Of a stretch of 64,000 nt of DNA, positions 11,798 to 26,023 are shown piece by piece; position 1 is the stretch's first letter, and the number at the start of each line of letters is the position of its first letter. The translations under genes and the position numbers were made by a program. This DNA is from Paecilomyces variotii. Its lineage: Eukaryota. The notes beneath the pieces were generated by a model. It had not been told where the DNA came from. It saw only the letters and a program-made list of their open reading frames with translations, and searched no databases. The stretch is from NCBI GenBank assembly GCA_004022145.1, contig RCNU01000002.1; one strand, written 5' to 3'.

Positions 11798-12241
11798 TGT
11801 GATTTCCCTTGCAAGTCACAGGTATGTGCTTTGTTCACTCTTCTCTGACTTGAACTGCAGGACTAACGTCCGCGGTTTCCGCTTTCGACTTCTCAACTGC
11901 AGCTGGTCCTCCTGTAATAAAGTAGCTCAGGAAGATGATTGCAAAATAAAGCACAAAGATGAGGACGGGAATGCTATCGTCGATCGGAGTGTATATCCGC
12001 TTCATGGGGAGCAAGTATTAAGTGCGAAGAGAGTTTTGAAAGACAAAAGGACAAGCTAGGAACTGCAGTTACGTCACACTGGAGGGCGTCACTGGACACG
12101 TCACGGCAAGATACAGTAGTTAGTTAGACGATGTGAAGATCGACAGCAGTTAGTCTAGTGAGACAATAGCTCAGCCATCCAGAGCAAAAGGAAGAGAGGA
12201 AAAAAAAAAACAAAAGCCGCGGACGAGAAGGAACAGTCCAC

Positions 12242-12251
12242 ATGACGTCAT
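12242..12251. promoter_or_regulatory. ATF/CRE palindrome ATGACGTCAT upstream of the Pmp3-like gene
   Basis: Perfect 10-bp palindrome ~450 bp upstream of a stress-family gene; function is inferred. Confidence 0.35.
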
Positions 12252-12651
12252 CCGGCCCGACCACGGCGCCTGCTATTCTGGGAATAGCGCCAGGCCGTCA
12301 GGCACCGCGCAGGGCTTAGCGGTCGATCCATGGAGAAGCTCCTTAGTCTACTGACTCTACCAGTCTAGACTCTACAGTAACTACTGAGAACACTCCAGTC
12401 CGGCCAATAATAAATCCTTTGTTGAGTAACTACCTATCCTATCACCTGGTTCTAAACGAGTGTGAGTAGCTACTAGTGATGGAGCACTATACATGATATA
12501 ACCTAAGGATGCCACACCAGAGAAGAATATACATACTGACCGCGGAGAGAGAACGCGTAGCAATCAAAGCCCAACATATATGGGCGCAGACACAGAAATC
12601 ATTGTACAGTGGCCAGGAGAAACGATCAAGGAGTCCTAGAGAACAACTCGA

Positions 12652-15388
12652 TCAGTCAAAGACACCGCTACCAACGTTCCCAGCTTCCGCTTCGTCGTCA
12701 GCTTCTTCCCCATCATCGACGATAAATACAGTGCCGTAGTCGCTACACCCGCTGCCAAGAGACTCAAAGAGAGACACCTGCGAGGTATTCTCGGAAGAGA
12801 ACCAGATCGCTTCAGCGTTGGTGCCCAGAGACATACGTTCATCCTCGTGGATCTGTCTCATTCGCAGCAACAGTGCTAAAGCATCGTCACGGCGGATCAG
12901 CGGTGGCTCCTGGGGTTGTTCGAGCTCATCTGGTCTAGACTTCCCATCGGGAGCCGGTATTCGATATGTCTCTTCCGCGGTTTCATCGACCCCGCTCGTC
13001 GTCCCTCCAGAGGGATATGCAGTCGTATCATCCGATGAGAAGAATGGCCGCTTTGATTTATGTCCATTACGTTCATGGATATCTTGGCCTGACAAGATAG
13101 TGCTAGCCTCTCCCTTCGGTGGCGTGGGAGAATTTAGCGGCAGCTGACTCGCAGTAGCCATATCCCGTGTCCTTCTAACTTTGTAAAGACAGGATCTTAT
13201 GTCGTCCCACAGCTCCTCTGGACAGGCAAGGCGCTCGACACTCTCACTGGGCATCACATGTTCCCCATCATTGCTTGACTGTAATTGGCGCCGAGGCCGT
13301 TGACGAGGGGTAGCAGCGAAATCAATGAAATAGTCCGCTCGACGTCCAGGCTTTGATTCCTTAGCGAACTTCCACGCTGAGTATCTCGCTTCAAGATCGG
13401 CTGCGTTATTATCAAACCGAGGAACAGGACTGTTACAATCTGACGGGGTCGAGGGGTGTGGGTACTGCATCTTCTTCAAAGTAGATGGCCGAGATTTGTG
13501 AACAACTAGTGGAGCGGGCCTTGGAGGATCAACGCAGTCAGGAGTTGCGTTGACGGGATAAGCGGAGCTCCTCTTGTTAGCTTGGATCTCGAGGTGTTCA
13601 TGTCGATAATGATAAATATCAGGCACACCTTTGTGGCCAGAAAGCGATGCAGGAGAATATGTGTTATGAATATCAACATCCAATGGCGGGCGAGTAACCG
13701 GATCGCATATAGTTTCCTCTTTCGTGTCTGTCTCGTCCACTGCAAGGTTTTCCCGCGTGATGATGTCCAAGCTTCGATCTCGAGTATGATGAGAAAACCT
13801 CCGATTCCGCTGCAAAGTCACCTGGTCCGTCTTTGGCATCACCCTAAGCCGTATTTGCGTTCTCATGGTCTGCTCCAACGTCGGAGTTCCGAAGTTCTCT
13901 ACCAGCTCAGCTTTAACAATTATGTCGAGTATATGGACAGATGATGGATCGTAGGGCTTTGTTTCGAGAAGTCTTCGGCGTACCGGCACTGTGCCAGAGA
14001 AACTGCCAACCTTGTGGTCATAGCGGAGCCAGTCGACATTAGCTGAATACGTGAGACTGATCTCGCCCTTGGCAAGGGCATCTTCGAAAAGGTCCTTCAG
14101 TGCGCAGCAGAAGCTGGGCCGGAGATGAAACGCTTGCCCTTCTTCGACCTCGAAGTCAAAAGACTCGAATGAAATATACGGAGGGTTCCAGAGCAGCTCT
14201 GCCTGGGTAGGACCATCCACGTTAGATATCCTGGATTTGGGTAGCCTCGTGAATTTGACGCTGGAGCTACGGATACTGGCACATGGATGCGAACCAGGAC
14301 CTGATACTAAAGGGTCAATGAAACAGTCTTGGTTCCGCAGAAATCGTAACAGGCTTCGATGGACGTTTTCAGTCGACGCAAACCAACGAAAGGCGGTCTT
14401 TGTGCTATCCTCGGCTTGGATCATGTCAAAGACAACCTTCAAAGGATCAAGCCGCACAGATATACACGGATTCTTTGTAGAATCTTCGACCAACTTTGTC
14501 TGGGTGCCGTCAGACGATGTAAGCAGGGCCTCCAAGTTCGCTGCCAGAACGAGCTTGAATGTTTCTTCCCAATGCAATATCTCCGCCGCCTGAGAAAAGC
14601 TGAGCCGTTTCCACGTTTTTACGATATCGAGTTGCTGGATTGCAGAAGGATTGAGAGGCGATTTCACGTTGTAGACGAGGTCCGGCGGGTGCCATGATGC
14701 ACGATAATCTAGAAAGCGCGGAAGGAAAACCTCTTGCGTCAAATGACGAACAGGAAACGAGTGTCCCTTGATAACCAGGCGACCGGAACTGCTAGGGGCC
14801 TCCGATGGTTTCTTGGGGTCCTGCCTTGGGTCCTCTGGAGAAAAATGGACGCAAATGTCCAGAGGTGCGTCTCGCCGAACATCATCGTGGTGCGCATTGC
14901 CATATTGCCAGTTTCCAGAAGGCAATCCCTCTCTCCTTTCCGGTGCAATTCCTACAAAAGGCTTTCGTCCTGCGGGTGGGTGCTGTCTTCGCAAATTGTG
15001 AAGATGAGGAAGATTATAATGACGCAATATAGCTGGATTAGTAGGATGAGAAGCTGCGCAGTCTCCAATGATATGTTTTTTGAACTTTTCAACTGCCTCC
15101 GACGCCCTAGGATGACAGTGTGCGTCTCCTGATCCGGCGGCCATCCATTCGTTTCGAGTCCAGAGTTCTTTCGTGTCGAGTGAGTGAGTAGTTTCGGAGC
15201 TTGTGCGAGCATGGTTGCGGTAAGATGGGCGGTACTGAGAAGGAATATCTAACATGACAGCTCCCCTGCAGCCGTTAATCGCTTGCACTGGGTAGCGTGG
15301 ACAGGGATTAAGACTAACCTAAGCGGCCAAGTATTCATTGTTGAAGATGGTAGGTATACGATTCTTGCGATATAATCCAGCTAGACAT
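12652..15388 (-). CDS. Hypothetical ~880-aa protein with a central cadherin-like/He_PIG (CADG)-like segment; start uncertain
   Basis: 878-aa open frame. FEVEEGQAFHLRP...LTYSANVDWLRYDHKVGSFSGTVP resembles CADG repeats; possible short first exon from ATG 15388. Confidence 0.6.
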
Positions 15389-15659
15389 AGCGAGAGTATG
15401 GTTCTGGAATATCCTATGGGGTGTAGGACGTGAGATATCTGAGGTAGCGTAGAGTAGTGTTATCGGAACAAATGCATCATACCCAAGGAAAGCACATTTC
15501 GAGCGTGTGTTGTACTGCAAGTACGCCTTGTTCATTTGCGGAAGGCACGCTACACGCGGACAGTGAGATCTTGTGATACCGAAATTAATTCTAATCACCG
15601 CGCCATATAAAAAACGGTTGGTAGAAAGCGGTAGGTATCTATTGATTTGGGTGACAAGA

Positions 15660-17149
15660 TCAGACTGCGTCGATCATAGCTCTCGTGGTTACTTGTTCGT
15701 TCTTGTTCCCGAGCTTCGATATCTGGAGGAACGCGTCGACTCCATAGCCTTCTAGGCTGTGTAGTTCAAGGTTACCGGCCCAATATTCCGCATATACTCT
15801 GCTCATGGGGAGGCCCATGCCAAGCCGCAGATTGGGAGGCCGTGAGCTTAGCGAGGCTAAGGAGCTCTCTCGATAAGTCTCTCTGTCGGCAATTTTCCGA
15901 TCAGTCGATACCGTCAATTCTTGCATCGTAGCAGCCATCGTGGGGACTTGCTCCAGATTTTTCAGACGGGTTTGAGTCCTGGGACCCTTGCTGAAAGACC
16001 ATAAATACGGAAGGATTTCACGAGGGATTCCGCCTCCCTGGTCAGAGATCCGCAGGATAACATGCTGAGGTGCCTCGCAGATCAGCACTTCTATAGGCGG
16101 TGGCAGTTCCGGAGAATCTCGATACTTTTCCATGACGGCTTGTATCGAGTTACGCAGGAGCTCACCGACGATATACTCCAGATGGCTTAGTATATAGGGG
16201 AATGTCGCCTCGCGATGGCCTTGAATAGTGATATGTGGTATCTTGTCCAAACCAGAGCTTTGCCTGAGGAGATCCTGGGCAAGCTTTCCGCAGCGTTCGA
16301 CTACTTCCTTTGCATTGCATTTCAAAAACACCTCGCCAACAAAGTCAGCGTTGAGATCAGTGCGGGCCATCGAATCTGGAAAATGCCACGGAGAATTGAA
16401 GGTTTCTGTGAGAGCCAGGTGTTGTTCTGCTATGACTCTGCGAGATATCCTCTGTGCAAGTGGTCAGCCATATGCACCCTTGAGACTGGAACCAGGCTTC
16501 CATACAGCACGCAACAATGTATTCATGAACCGGTCCATTTCACCCGGTTCCACGAGATCTTGGCATTCCAGGACACCCATCGCGAGGTTTGGTATCACGA
16601 CCAGGTGCTCCTTGAGAGCATCACGTAGAATGTCGCAATATCGGTCATTGTCCTCTAGCGTCCTGATTTCCGGGACCGTCCGAAACCTCTCGAATGCTTT
16701 GTAGTATAGTTCGTACACAAGGGACATGTGCGGATTGGACACGACGACGTATGGTAGCTTTTGCATATCTCGCAGACGGTGGGCAAGCCTGGCTTCCAGT
16801 CAGCTATTACTTTCCATTCTTAGTTGCTCAGGTACCATATCACTGACCTTGTAGGAAGCTCTGTACGGACATAATTTGCAGAGCTGATCAAGCGAGCCTC
16901 TGTCAATGTCCGGCCAAAAAAGGTCAGCTGCCGTAAACTGATCGGCCTGGCCTCACGTTCCACCCAGCTAATTGCTGTCAGCAAAGAAGCTCACGTAGAG
17001 GTACGAGGAAGACGGGCATACTCATCGAGCACTGAAGCAGGTCTCCACGGCGGAGGGCTATGCTGCTGCTGTACCGAATAGAACCTCACTTGCTGTGCGC
17101 ATCTCAGCCGGACGTGTCGCCAACATCGAGCTGGATGATTCAAGCGCAT
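15660..17149 (-). CDS. Mitochondrial pyruvate/branched-chain alpha-ketoacid dehydrogenase kinase
   Basis: Arg-rich presequence, RPISLRQL, ELLRNS (N box), ISDQGGGIP (G1) and GMGLPMSRVYAEYWAG; three introns. Confidence 0.92.
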
Positions 17150-17929
17150 ACTGATCAGCCATGCAAAGCAGTAGTGACCAGAGAGAGGCGTCAATGATGC
17201 GGACGAGAATCAGCTCGTAGTTCCAGACAAGCAGTGCGCCCGTCACACATTGCTACTCGGTCCTCGTTGCCTGAGAAGCAGAATCGCTCGTAGTCCACAT
17301 TTAACCAATTTGCTGTGAATGGTCTCGTGTCGGTCCGCCGGTGTCGGTGCAGCTATTATTCTTAACTAGGGCAAGCCCGGTGACTCTTGGTGCAAGTTCC
17401 AGTTCCACTGCTGGCGCCACCCCACGGGCAACGGGAACTGCACCCCGCACGCATTCTAGATCGTTAGTTAGTTACTCGGTGCAGATTAGTTATCACCAAC
17501 AGATTAGTTAGTTAGTTACTTTTCTCTTTACAAGATGCTCGATGTACTGTAGTCCTTATCTATCAGATTGCGAGGTGACCCCAGTCTGAAATGTTATTAT
17601 TATTATCTGTCAAGGGAATCACTAGTTACCAGTACACAGCAAAGGCACGCAGCCTGTGAAAAGAAAGCAGTGCGGACCACGCGTAACAAAACCCCCGATA
17701 TTGAATCAGACCCCCTTCTCTAGTAGTTATTATTTTATCGGATTCGAGGATCACGCTCCTCCTCGCTCCACCACCAGGAACACTTTGCTGACATTAATTC
17801 CGATGTACGTCAAATATGTTCGCACTGGAAATACGAAAGTTATGAACAGTATCTTTCCAAGAGGCCATTGAGTGCCATGTCGCGAAGAGCCCACCCAGGA
17901 GCTCCCTCCACGATTGTTGTCTGGGCCAC

Positions 17930-20900
17930 TCAGTCTGCCTCCTCTTCCTCTTTCGCTGTTGTGATATAATATCTCCCCTTCGGTTCTCCTTCCTTCTCGT
18001 GCTCAAGCGTTAATCTGGCGAGGTGAGCCAGAAGGTTCTCCATCTTGATGTCCCCCTTGGTTCTCTTGGCTCTGCCCAGATCAGTGAGCCACTGGACCTT
18101 ATTCAAGACAAAGTACACGAGCGCAATGACGATGGTCACACCGAGGGAATAACCCCAAATGCGGACCACAGTGACAATATTCGTCCATCCATTGCGGGTT
18201 TCGACATACGAATCGTGCGGAATTGTCGGCATCGTCTGGTTGGTGAACCAACCGAAAAGACAGAAGATCGTCGCGATTACATCCACTCCCAGAATCGCTC
18301 CGACTAAGTGGACGGATGGCCATGTATCAGATCCCCTGGTGACAAAAATCAACCAATTCTCGGTGAGAGCAACCTCGAGGAACAAGACTTCCTGAATAGA
18401 TCCCCAGTTCTGGATAATGCCCCCAGAGGGAAGGAACATCGACCCACGAATTACCCATGTTCCCATGGCCAACAAAAGACCAAGAATGATAGATATTACC
18501 CATATCTTAGGAAGCTGCCATTCCACCGGCCGCAATTCATATGATGCATGATCATATGCAACTGCGACAGTGGCAAGATCCGCGAATAGAGCAAGGAAAA
18601 CTATCAGCTCTACTCGAATGCTCTCATTAAGAATGATCATGGACGTCACCAAGTAAATTTCCAGATGCAAGCATAAAGCAATGCGATATTGAATATATGC
18701 TTTCATGCGGTGGAAAATCTGACGGGCAACCTTGATCGAATCAATAATAGTAGATAAGCCAGGTGCTAGGAAGACAATATCAGCAGCAGACTGAGCCGCT
18801 TCTGAGGCACCCTCCACAGCTATACCGCAATCTGCTCGCTTCAAAGATGGTGCATCATTAACTCCGTCACCTGTCATTGCAGTCAAGTGGCCTCGCTGCT
18901 GGAGCATCTCAACAACTTGATATTTATGCTCCGGGAATACTTCAGCAAAGCCATCTGCTTTTTCGACGAGGTCATGTGCCATAGCGCCGCTAAGGCCACC
19001 ATGGATCAGCTTATCTGAATTGTAGACCTTAGTACCCAGAGCCAACATCTTGCATGTCTCCTTAGCAATGGCAATGGCATCACCCGTGAGCATTTTGACA
19101 CTGATACCTAGATTTTGAGCTTCAGTGATCGTTTGAGCTGTATCCTCTCTAGGCGGGTCAAACATTGGCAACATGCCAAGAAGAGTCCATTCTTCTCCTT
19201 CTTTTTGAACGGCGACACCGAGAGAGCGAAATCCACGATGGGCGAACTCTTGTGCTTTATCCCTATATAGATCTGCCACCTTCTTTGAACATTTGGATAG
19301 TTGTAGAACCGCCTTTGGGGCGCCCTTTGTGCATGTGTATCTAACACCCTCACAGCTACAAACTGTGACGATTCGTTTGGATACAGGATCAAAAGGGATA
19401 TACTTTTCGGTCTTCCAACCACGTCGAAGTATCTCCCTGGCTTTTGGATATTGCCTGAGCGCAAGAATTGTGACTTTATCGATCGGATCTAGCGTGTCGA
19501 TATTATGAGAAGATGCCAGTACAGCCACTGCAAACATCCAATTGATATCGACACCTTCCGCAACGTACGGGTTGCGAATGCTCAGTTTATTAGCAGTAAG
19601 AGTACCAGTTTTGTCGGAACAGAGAATGTCGACACCCTTTAGAATGTAAGGTTAGTCCACGATAGGGAATAACGTCTGGGGCAACATACTGCTAGAGACT
19701 CGATGGCTGTAAGCTTCTGCACTATGGCCTTCCGCCGAGCAAGGTAGGCTGCTCCCACCGCCATGGTAGTGGTTGTTACAACAGGCAAACCCACAGGAAC
19801 TCCGATGATCAACAGAGATAGAGTGTAGTGAAGTAAAGTTTGCTGTGGTGGGTCGGCGATAGGGATATGTCGGTAAAAGCCTCCAATCCATGCTGCCAAA
19901 ATCCATGCCATAACTAGGACGAGAAGAGAGGTTCCTATATTGTTCATCACCATCTCGAAGTGGCCTGCCCCAGCAGCACCTTGTACCATGGTTGCCGTAC
20001 GCCCAACGAAAGATGTTTTCGCCGTTGTCTGAACTACCGCGTAACATTTCCCGCGCTTGCAGGTAGTCGTATAGAAAATGGGGTCGCCCATGTATCGGTC
20101 AACGGCGAGAGACTCTCCAGTAATGGCAGAATGATCGCACGCCACAATCGGATACCCGCGCCGTTTCGGACGCTCCTCGTCCTCTTTGCCAGCATCTTCG
20201 GCTCCTTCTTGGTCTCCTTCTTGCTTTTCTTTCTGTCCCCCTTCTTCATCTTCGCTTTCAGAAGATGACTCATCAAGAAATCCTTCTGCTTGCATCCTCT
20301 TGAATTCCTCGAAGCCGTTGGGATCATTGTAATCGCAAATAACCTTGGCGTCAGCCGGGACAACATTGCCCTCCCCTACAACTATCTGTTTGAATATGTT
20401 TAGTCATCGGTATTCAGACTCTACCGCGTCAAGACATACCACATCGCCTGGCACGAGGTCTCGAGCTAGGACCTCTTGCTCTTGTCCATCCCGTACAACC
20501 GTCGTTCTCAATGCGATGTCTCCCTTCAGACTTGCGACGACATCTGCGGCTTGTTTTTCTTGGTACCAACCAACGGTAGCGTTCAAACACAAGATACCGA
20601 TAATAACACCAAAATCGATCCAGTCATTCAGGCCTGCAGCAAGGAGGACCGCCAATTCCATGACTAAATCAAGATTAGCCAAGTTCGCTGAGGGATGTCA
20701 CGCGTATTACCATATAGAATTGGCCCCTTGAAATACGACATGAATTTAGCGATAGGATTCTCCTTCTCGGATACCAACTCGTTCCATCCGGAGCGGCGAC
20801 GCCGGTTTATAACCTCTTCAGACGAAAGACCTTGCTTGATGTCTGTGAGGAGCCACTCGTCTGGGAATTTCCCAGCGTCTGCCTCCGTTCTCACGCGGAC

Positions 20901-21131
20901 TCTCCTTTTCCTCCATGGGGCGTACCAAACTCTTCTCAATTCAGTTCCTTCCTCTTCTTGTTCTTCTTCCGCACCAGGCTCCCGATACGTAGAGACGAAC
21001 TTGACCAGTCGGCCGTATTCGTCCAGATTCTCGTCAGGGATTGTGGCCATAGAAGCACGAGAAATACGTCTCTTCTCCCTGGATGGCGCCCGTTGTTCCA
21101 CGTCGCCTCCACTGCTGGAGTCTTGGGCCAT
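17930..21131 (-). CDS. Plasma-membrane H+-ATPase (P3A family, Pma1-like paralog)
   Basis: TGES, PVGLP, CSDKTGTLT (~19600-19625), KGAP, DPPR, TGD and GDGVND motifs; three introns. Confidence 0.95.
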
Positions 21132-22975
21132 GACTGATAATGTTCCCAAGGTGCACGGCAGATGTAGCAATTCTTCTACTCGTTGCCCTTGTTGCTTCCT
21201 CCTTCCTCGTGTTCACGAACGCAATTGAGAGCGACGGTAGGAAGATGAAACGAGCAGGATGAAGGTGCTACCGCCCATGCCATTGTAAAGTCTTCATCCC
21301 CTCCCTATCCTTGAGGTGTGTACATCGGATACGCATCCTCGTTCCCATGGTGGGATGTTCCTTTGTTCAATCATGCTGACGTAGGAGAGCAGGGGTATTT
21401 CTGCAACCCGTAGCGGGAATATTCAGCCATAGCATAGTTCAAACTCGACGGAGGGTGTTGAATCTTCCCGCATATGGACTGATCGAGAGTGTGCGATCAG
21501 CCTCGACCGACTAGCTCTTGGGTTTAGCGTAAGATTTGTCGTTGACCATACCCTTACGTTTCTAATGAGGTTTGACGTGTCTTGACGTGTGAGGAGTTGT
21601 GTGAGGAGTTGTCGCAGTGCATGAAGAATGCCTTGCCTCACCTGGGCCAGGGACGCATGGCAAGCGATTCGTCTAGACCCTTGAATTGACTCTGAACAAT
21701 GGAGTTGTTGTGTGAAGTCGGCGCTGCATTTCGATATTGGGAGAATGGAAATCAAAACAAGGGACCGCCATGCGGAGAGCCTTCCACGACGTTGGTTGGA
21801 TGGCTAAGAGCTCGTAGATCCATGGGGTGACAAGCTTGTCACGCGGTTGAAGTTATATAGTCTCAAATCCGGGGTTCGTTGTTCTTGGGGTTGACCTGTT
21901 TATCCAAGGGTTCCGATGGTGCTTTGGCTCCCGAGTGTTCCGACAGCTCCTGGGTAGGGATTACAACTGACTATCCGTGGCATGGACCTTGACAGTAACC
22001 CTGCCATTCAGATTGTCCATCGTGATTTGCCTATCGTACTGGAGAATTACCATCTGCAAGATGCCTCTTCAAACTAGAATAATGTGTTAGCCCCACCTGA
22101 ACCTGATGAGAGTAGCTCGTGATGGCAGATGTTGGTGTACGGGCCTGAGGGTTGTCTATAAACCAACACTGGCTAGTTATTCGTACGTTTATCTCGTTGC
22201 CAATCGGGCTGGTACCTACCTGGGTATGTCTCGTGTACCCGTGGTTCAACACGACCGGCTAGATGCCTCAAGAGTTCACAGTAGGAGCTTTCTTTTCTCG
22301 TCAGCCGATCCTAGAAAGTAGCCTTTCCATCAGTTGACTGATTCAGGTCCGATAAGAGCTCGTCCTATCAGGCGACAGCCGCTTGTCTAGAAACCCAAAT
22401 CGAGATCTTACCCTTGGATTATTAGTTAGGCACGCTCTACTTACAGTACGCCCCGACTACTGTAGCGAGGCTGCCAGAGATGGTTCCGAGACATTCAGCC
22501 CCACCATTTGTAGAAGAGACATGATTTGTGTCGAGAAGAATATATTTCCTTCTGCTCTTCTGTACGCGACTAGCACAGAAAAACCATCAAAAGCGAGTGT
22601 AGGGCAAAAAATGCTGTGTTAGAGACGATGAGAGGCGCCTGACAAGGGCGCATTCTGTATTTGTGTCCGGTGTGATACTTAACTAACTAGTCAACTGCGG
22701 GTTCAAGTAAGAACTCTAGGAAGGAATGGCTGGAGGCAGTGAGATGAGTGAGCTGAGTGAGACGAACACGGTGCGACCACCCGATACGGTTTGCATCAAG
22801 CTGAGCACCTTATGAGACGAGCTATTAATATTACTGAGCGTCAATATTGCTATCCTGCATATTTCTTGGCGGTTGGGGGCCTTATTCTTCCCTTCTTAAT
22901 TCACAATTCACCGCCCGTTGAGTATCAACACTGTGGAACTGGCTAGCTCATAAGTAAAACGCGAATTCCCACACC

Positions 22976-24424
22976 ATGGCTCTGCCACCTCTAGACTTCA
23001 AGGTGTGATATTAGATCAATCTCTGTAATAGATGACCACTAATGATGATTCTAGCTCCTAGCCACTTTGGCAGCGGTCTCCGGCTCGGCCCTGTTTCTCA
23101 GTCGGACAGCTCTACCATTTCTCATCGTCCCATCTCTCCCTACGCTTTGGCTTCCGTTCCGCAAAGGGAAAGCCGAGGTTCTGTTTAAGGAGATTATCAA
23201 GTACTCCGAAGACATCATCCTGGACCCCGAATACGGTATCGCGATCATCAGTTCTGACGGCAACCGGCCAAAATGGAACACGGTCATGGTACGATGCGTT
23301 GCCTTTCAAGCATGCTCCATCAATTCTAGCAGTGAGCAGATTTACTGATTTTTCTTTTCAGGGCCCTCACATCGATCCTAATCCGAAAGGGAGTTTGCAC
23401 ATCTATTCTTATGCGTCAGACAGGACCATTCGTAAGGTGCACCTGGTTGGGTTCCCAGAAGATGCGGACTTCCACCCTCTTGGAATCAACTACTTCCGCG
23501 CTTCCCACGGTGATCGAACAAGACTGTTCGTTGTGAATCACGAACGGACCGGGTGTAAAGTGGCTGTATTCGATATCGACTACGATAAAGCGGAAGCCCA
23601 GTATATTACGTCTATTTCTGACGGCGGCAACAACATTTTGTCTCCAAATGCTCTTGCTCCGATTTCATATACTTCATTCTACGTGACGAATGACCACTAC
23701 TTTGTCAAGCGTAGGAACCCGCTTCTCAACACCCTGGAAACAGCATTTGCTGTACCCCTCGGGTGGGTCACTCTGGTTGATTTCTCAGGAGAGCAGCCAG
23801 TGTTCAAGACCGCTGCGAGGGGGATCGCCTTCGCCAACGGCATCGTCATAACACCGACTGGGAAAGAGGTTGCTGTCGCATCCACGAGCGCCAGTTGTAT
23901 ATACATTTACGAGCGCGATCCCGCTACCAACGAGCTCTCTCTGGAACCTGAGAGAGTCCAGGTGAACTTCCATCCAGACAATCTTAGTTTCAACGAGACT
24001 CTAGACGTCAAGGACCCAAGTGTATTCGACGAGGACGGCAAGTTTCTTCGCGGGCTTATCGCAGGAGGGGCTCCCTCTGCTAAGAAAATCTTCGAAATGG
24101 CACGAAATCCCGAGAAATGCAGAGCTCCTTCAATTGTGGCAGAGATCCGAAGAGGCAATGGAAAAGATCCGGCGCCTTTTGCAGCCGGGCCATCAGGCCG
24201 TCGGAACAAATACCGTGCCTTGACTTTGTACCAAAGTAAGTACCTTTGATGAGCCTGCTTTCTTCAAAGCTGACTTCCCTCCTTTCTCTCCAGGTAACGG
24301 CGAGCATTTCCCCACCAGTACAACGGGAGACATGGACTCTAAAAAAGGCCGACTCCTTGTCTCTGGATTGTATGCTCACGGGATCCTTGAGATCTCTTGG
24401 GACCCGAATGAGCCTCTCGACTAG
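22976..24424 (+). CDS. Serum paraoxonase/arylesterase-like beta-propeller protein
   Basis: YSEDI, FHPLGI, LFVVNH, SPNALA, FYVTNDH, FANGI and HPDNL motifs; N-terminal hydrophobic anchor; three introns. Confidence 0.85.
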
Positions 24425-24751
24425 ACGGCTGAGGGTCCAGGAACTCTTGATCCGTATTGTTATTTTTACTCAGCAAGCGCAATGACTTTCTTTGTACTTA
24501 TGCAGCACTTTTGGTCTCTTGAAGCTGTATCATAGCGAGAGCACAAAAGAGATCAACGTCCTCTGTGAATAGCGACAATAAAGTAAATTGAGTGAAAAAC
24601 TGCTTATGCGGAAACTGCGGCGCTTGTACTAAGTAGTCCTCTCACTTGGCTCTTCCTACATACCACAGAAGAGTCGGAATAGATCCAGAGAATGAAATAG
24701 AGTTCCTTCAAACGTAACGATTCCTTTCTTTGCAAGGATTCATAATCTCCT

Positions 24752-26023
24752 TCAATCAAGCAATGGCCTACTGCCTCCTAATCCAGATGGATGAACAGTC
24801 GGACCATTAGACCCAGCCTGCTCATCTCCACCAGCTCCATTGGCACCTTCCTGACTCCAAGGGTCTCGGTCTAACCCAGTACTCGTCCCATTCAATGCCG
24901 GCCTTGGTCTCGTACCAGGATCTTCCTCACCGCTATGGTTGCTTTCTGCCGCCGTACTATCATCATGGTCATCGTCTCTGTAGCCGATCAATGGAGGGTC
25001 TGACCTTCCTCTGCGATTCTCGATCTCGGAAGAGGAGTTGAACACCTGCATGGATTCTATCCGGTTCCTAGAGGTGCTGTAGTAATGCAGAATAACCTGT
25101 CATCAGGAAAGGGGAAAGGAAAATCATCAGCATACTAGCCACTAGTAACGAGAGAGCAATACCCAAAGAAAAGAAAACTGAAACGCAGAAAACATACCTT
25201 CATCACAAAGACCACAACCACACTTCCCACCACCAATCCAGCAACACTCCTCTCTTCCTGACCCCAAACAGCCAGACAACTCCTCCTATATCCCAAATTC
25301 ACCTCACACGCATCGTCCCCATATCGTTTTCCATCTTTGAACGGCCAGGCTCTGTCCCGCGTACTTCTCAAACCGCAACATTGTAGCGTATCCTGAATCG
25401 TGCGGATCGCGGGTGCATTCTTATTATGGAAATAGGCTTGCCAGGTGCGCTCGAGGCTGCAAATCTGGGTATCTGACGGCACGAGATACGTTGTGGAGAG
25501 AGTGATGATGATCGTAGGGAGGATGACGAGTAGGGCATTTATCAATGGGACTAGGATGATTTGAGTTGTTCCTGACTGATTTCGTGTGTTTCTTGACTTG
25601 GATATGCTTGAGGATCTGTTGTAGAGTGTGTTGATGGCCGGTATGAGGAGAGTAAGCATAGGAAGAAAAGTTCCCGTTGCGGGGATTGCGGTTGGGAACG
25701 GAAGGTATAGAGAGGTGGTGCGAGTCCATGCGATGCTTGCAGTCAGAATAGAATGGTTAGTTCGAGGGCTTATCTTGTATGATGGGTGGTAGATCTCTCT
25801 TTCTGATGCGGGTTGTGGTCGAATTATTAAGTGAAGAAACATACGCTCCGAGTATGATCGAGATCGCTCCAAACTGGAAGGTAGGTAGGATATGTTAGAA
25901 GTCGCTTTGCATTTGATTGTAGTAATTTTGCTCGGCAAATAAACTCAGGAATAGAAGGCAAGAAGGGAGATAAACAGGAAGCAGTATACTCACCAGTATC
26001 AAAAGGATGGTTGTGACCGTCAT
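24752..26023 (-). CDS. Fungal tetraspanin (Tsp3-like)
   Basis: Hydrophobic segments plus loop CSLERTWQ..IRTIQDTLQCCG..RAWPF..C..SC; start could be 26059. Confidence 0.75.

Noticed and set aside
17460-17520. Repeated TTAG/GTTA words
   Set aside because: Short low-complexity intergenic motif, also near 12118 and 50111; not telomeric TTAGGG and no structure.
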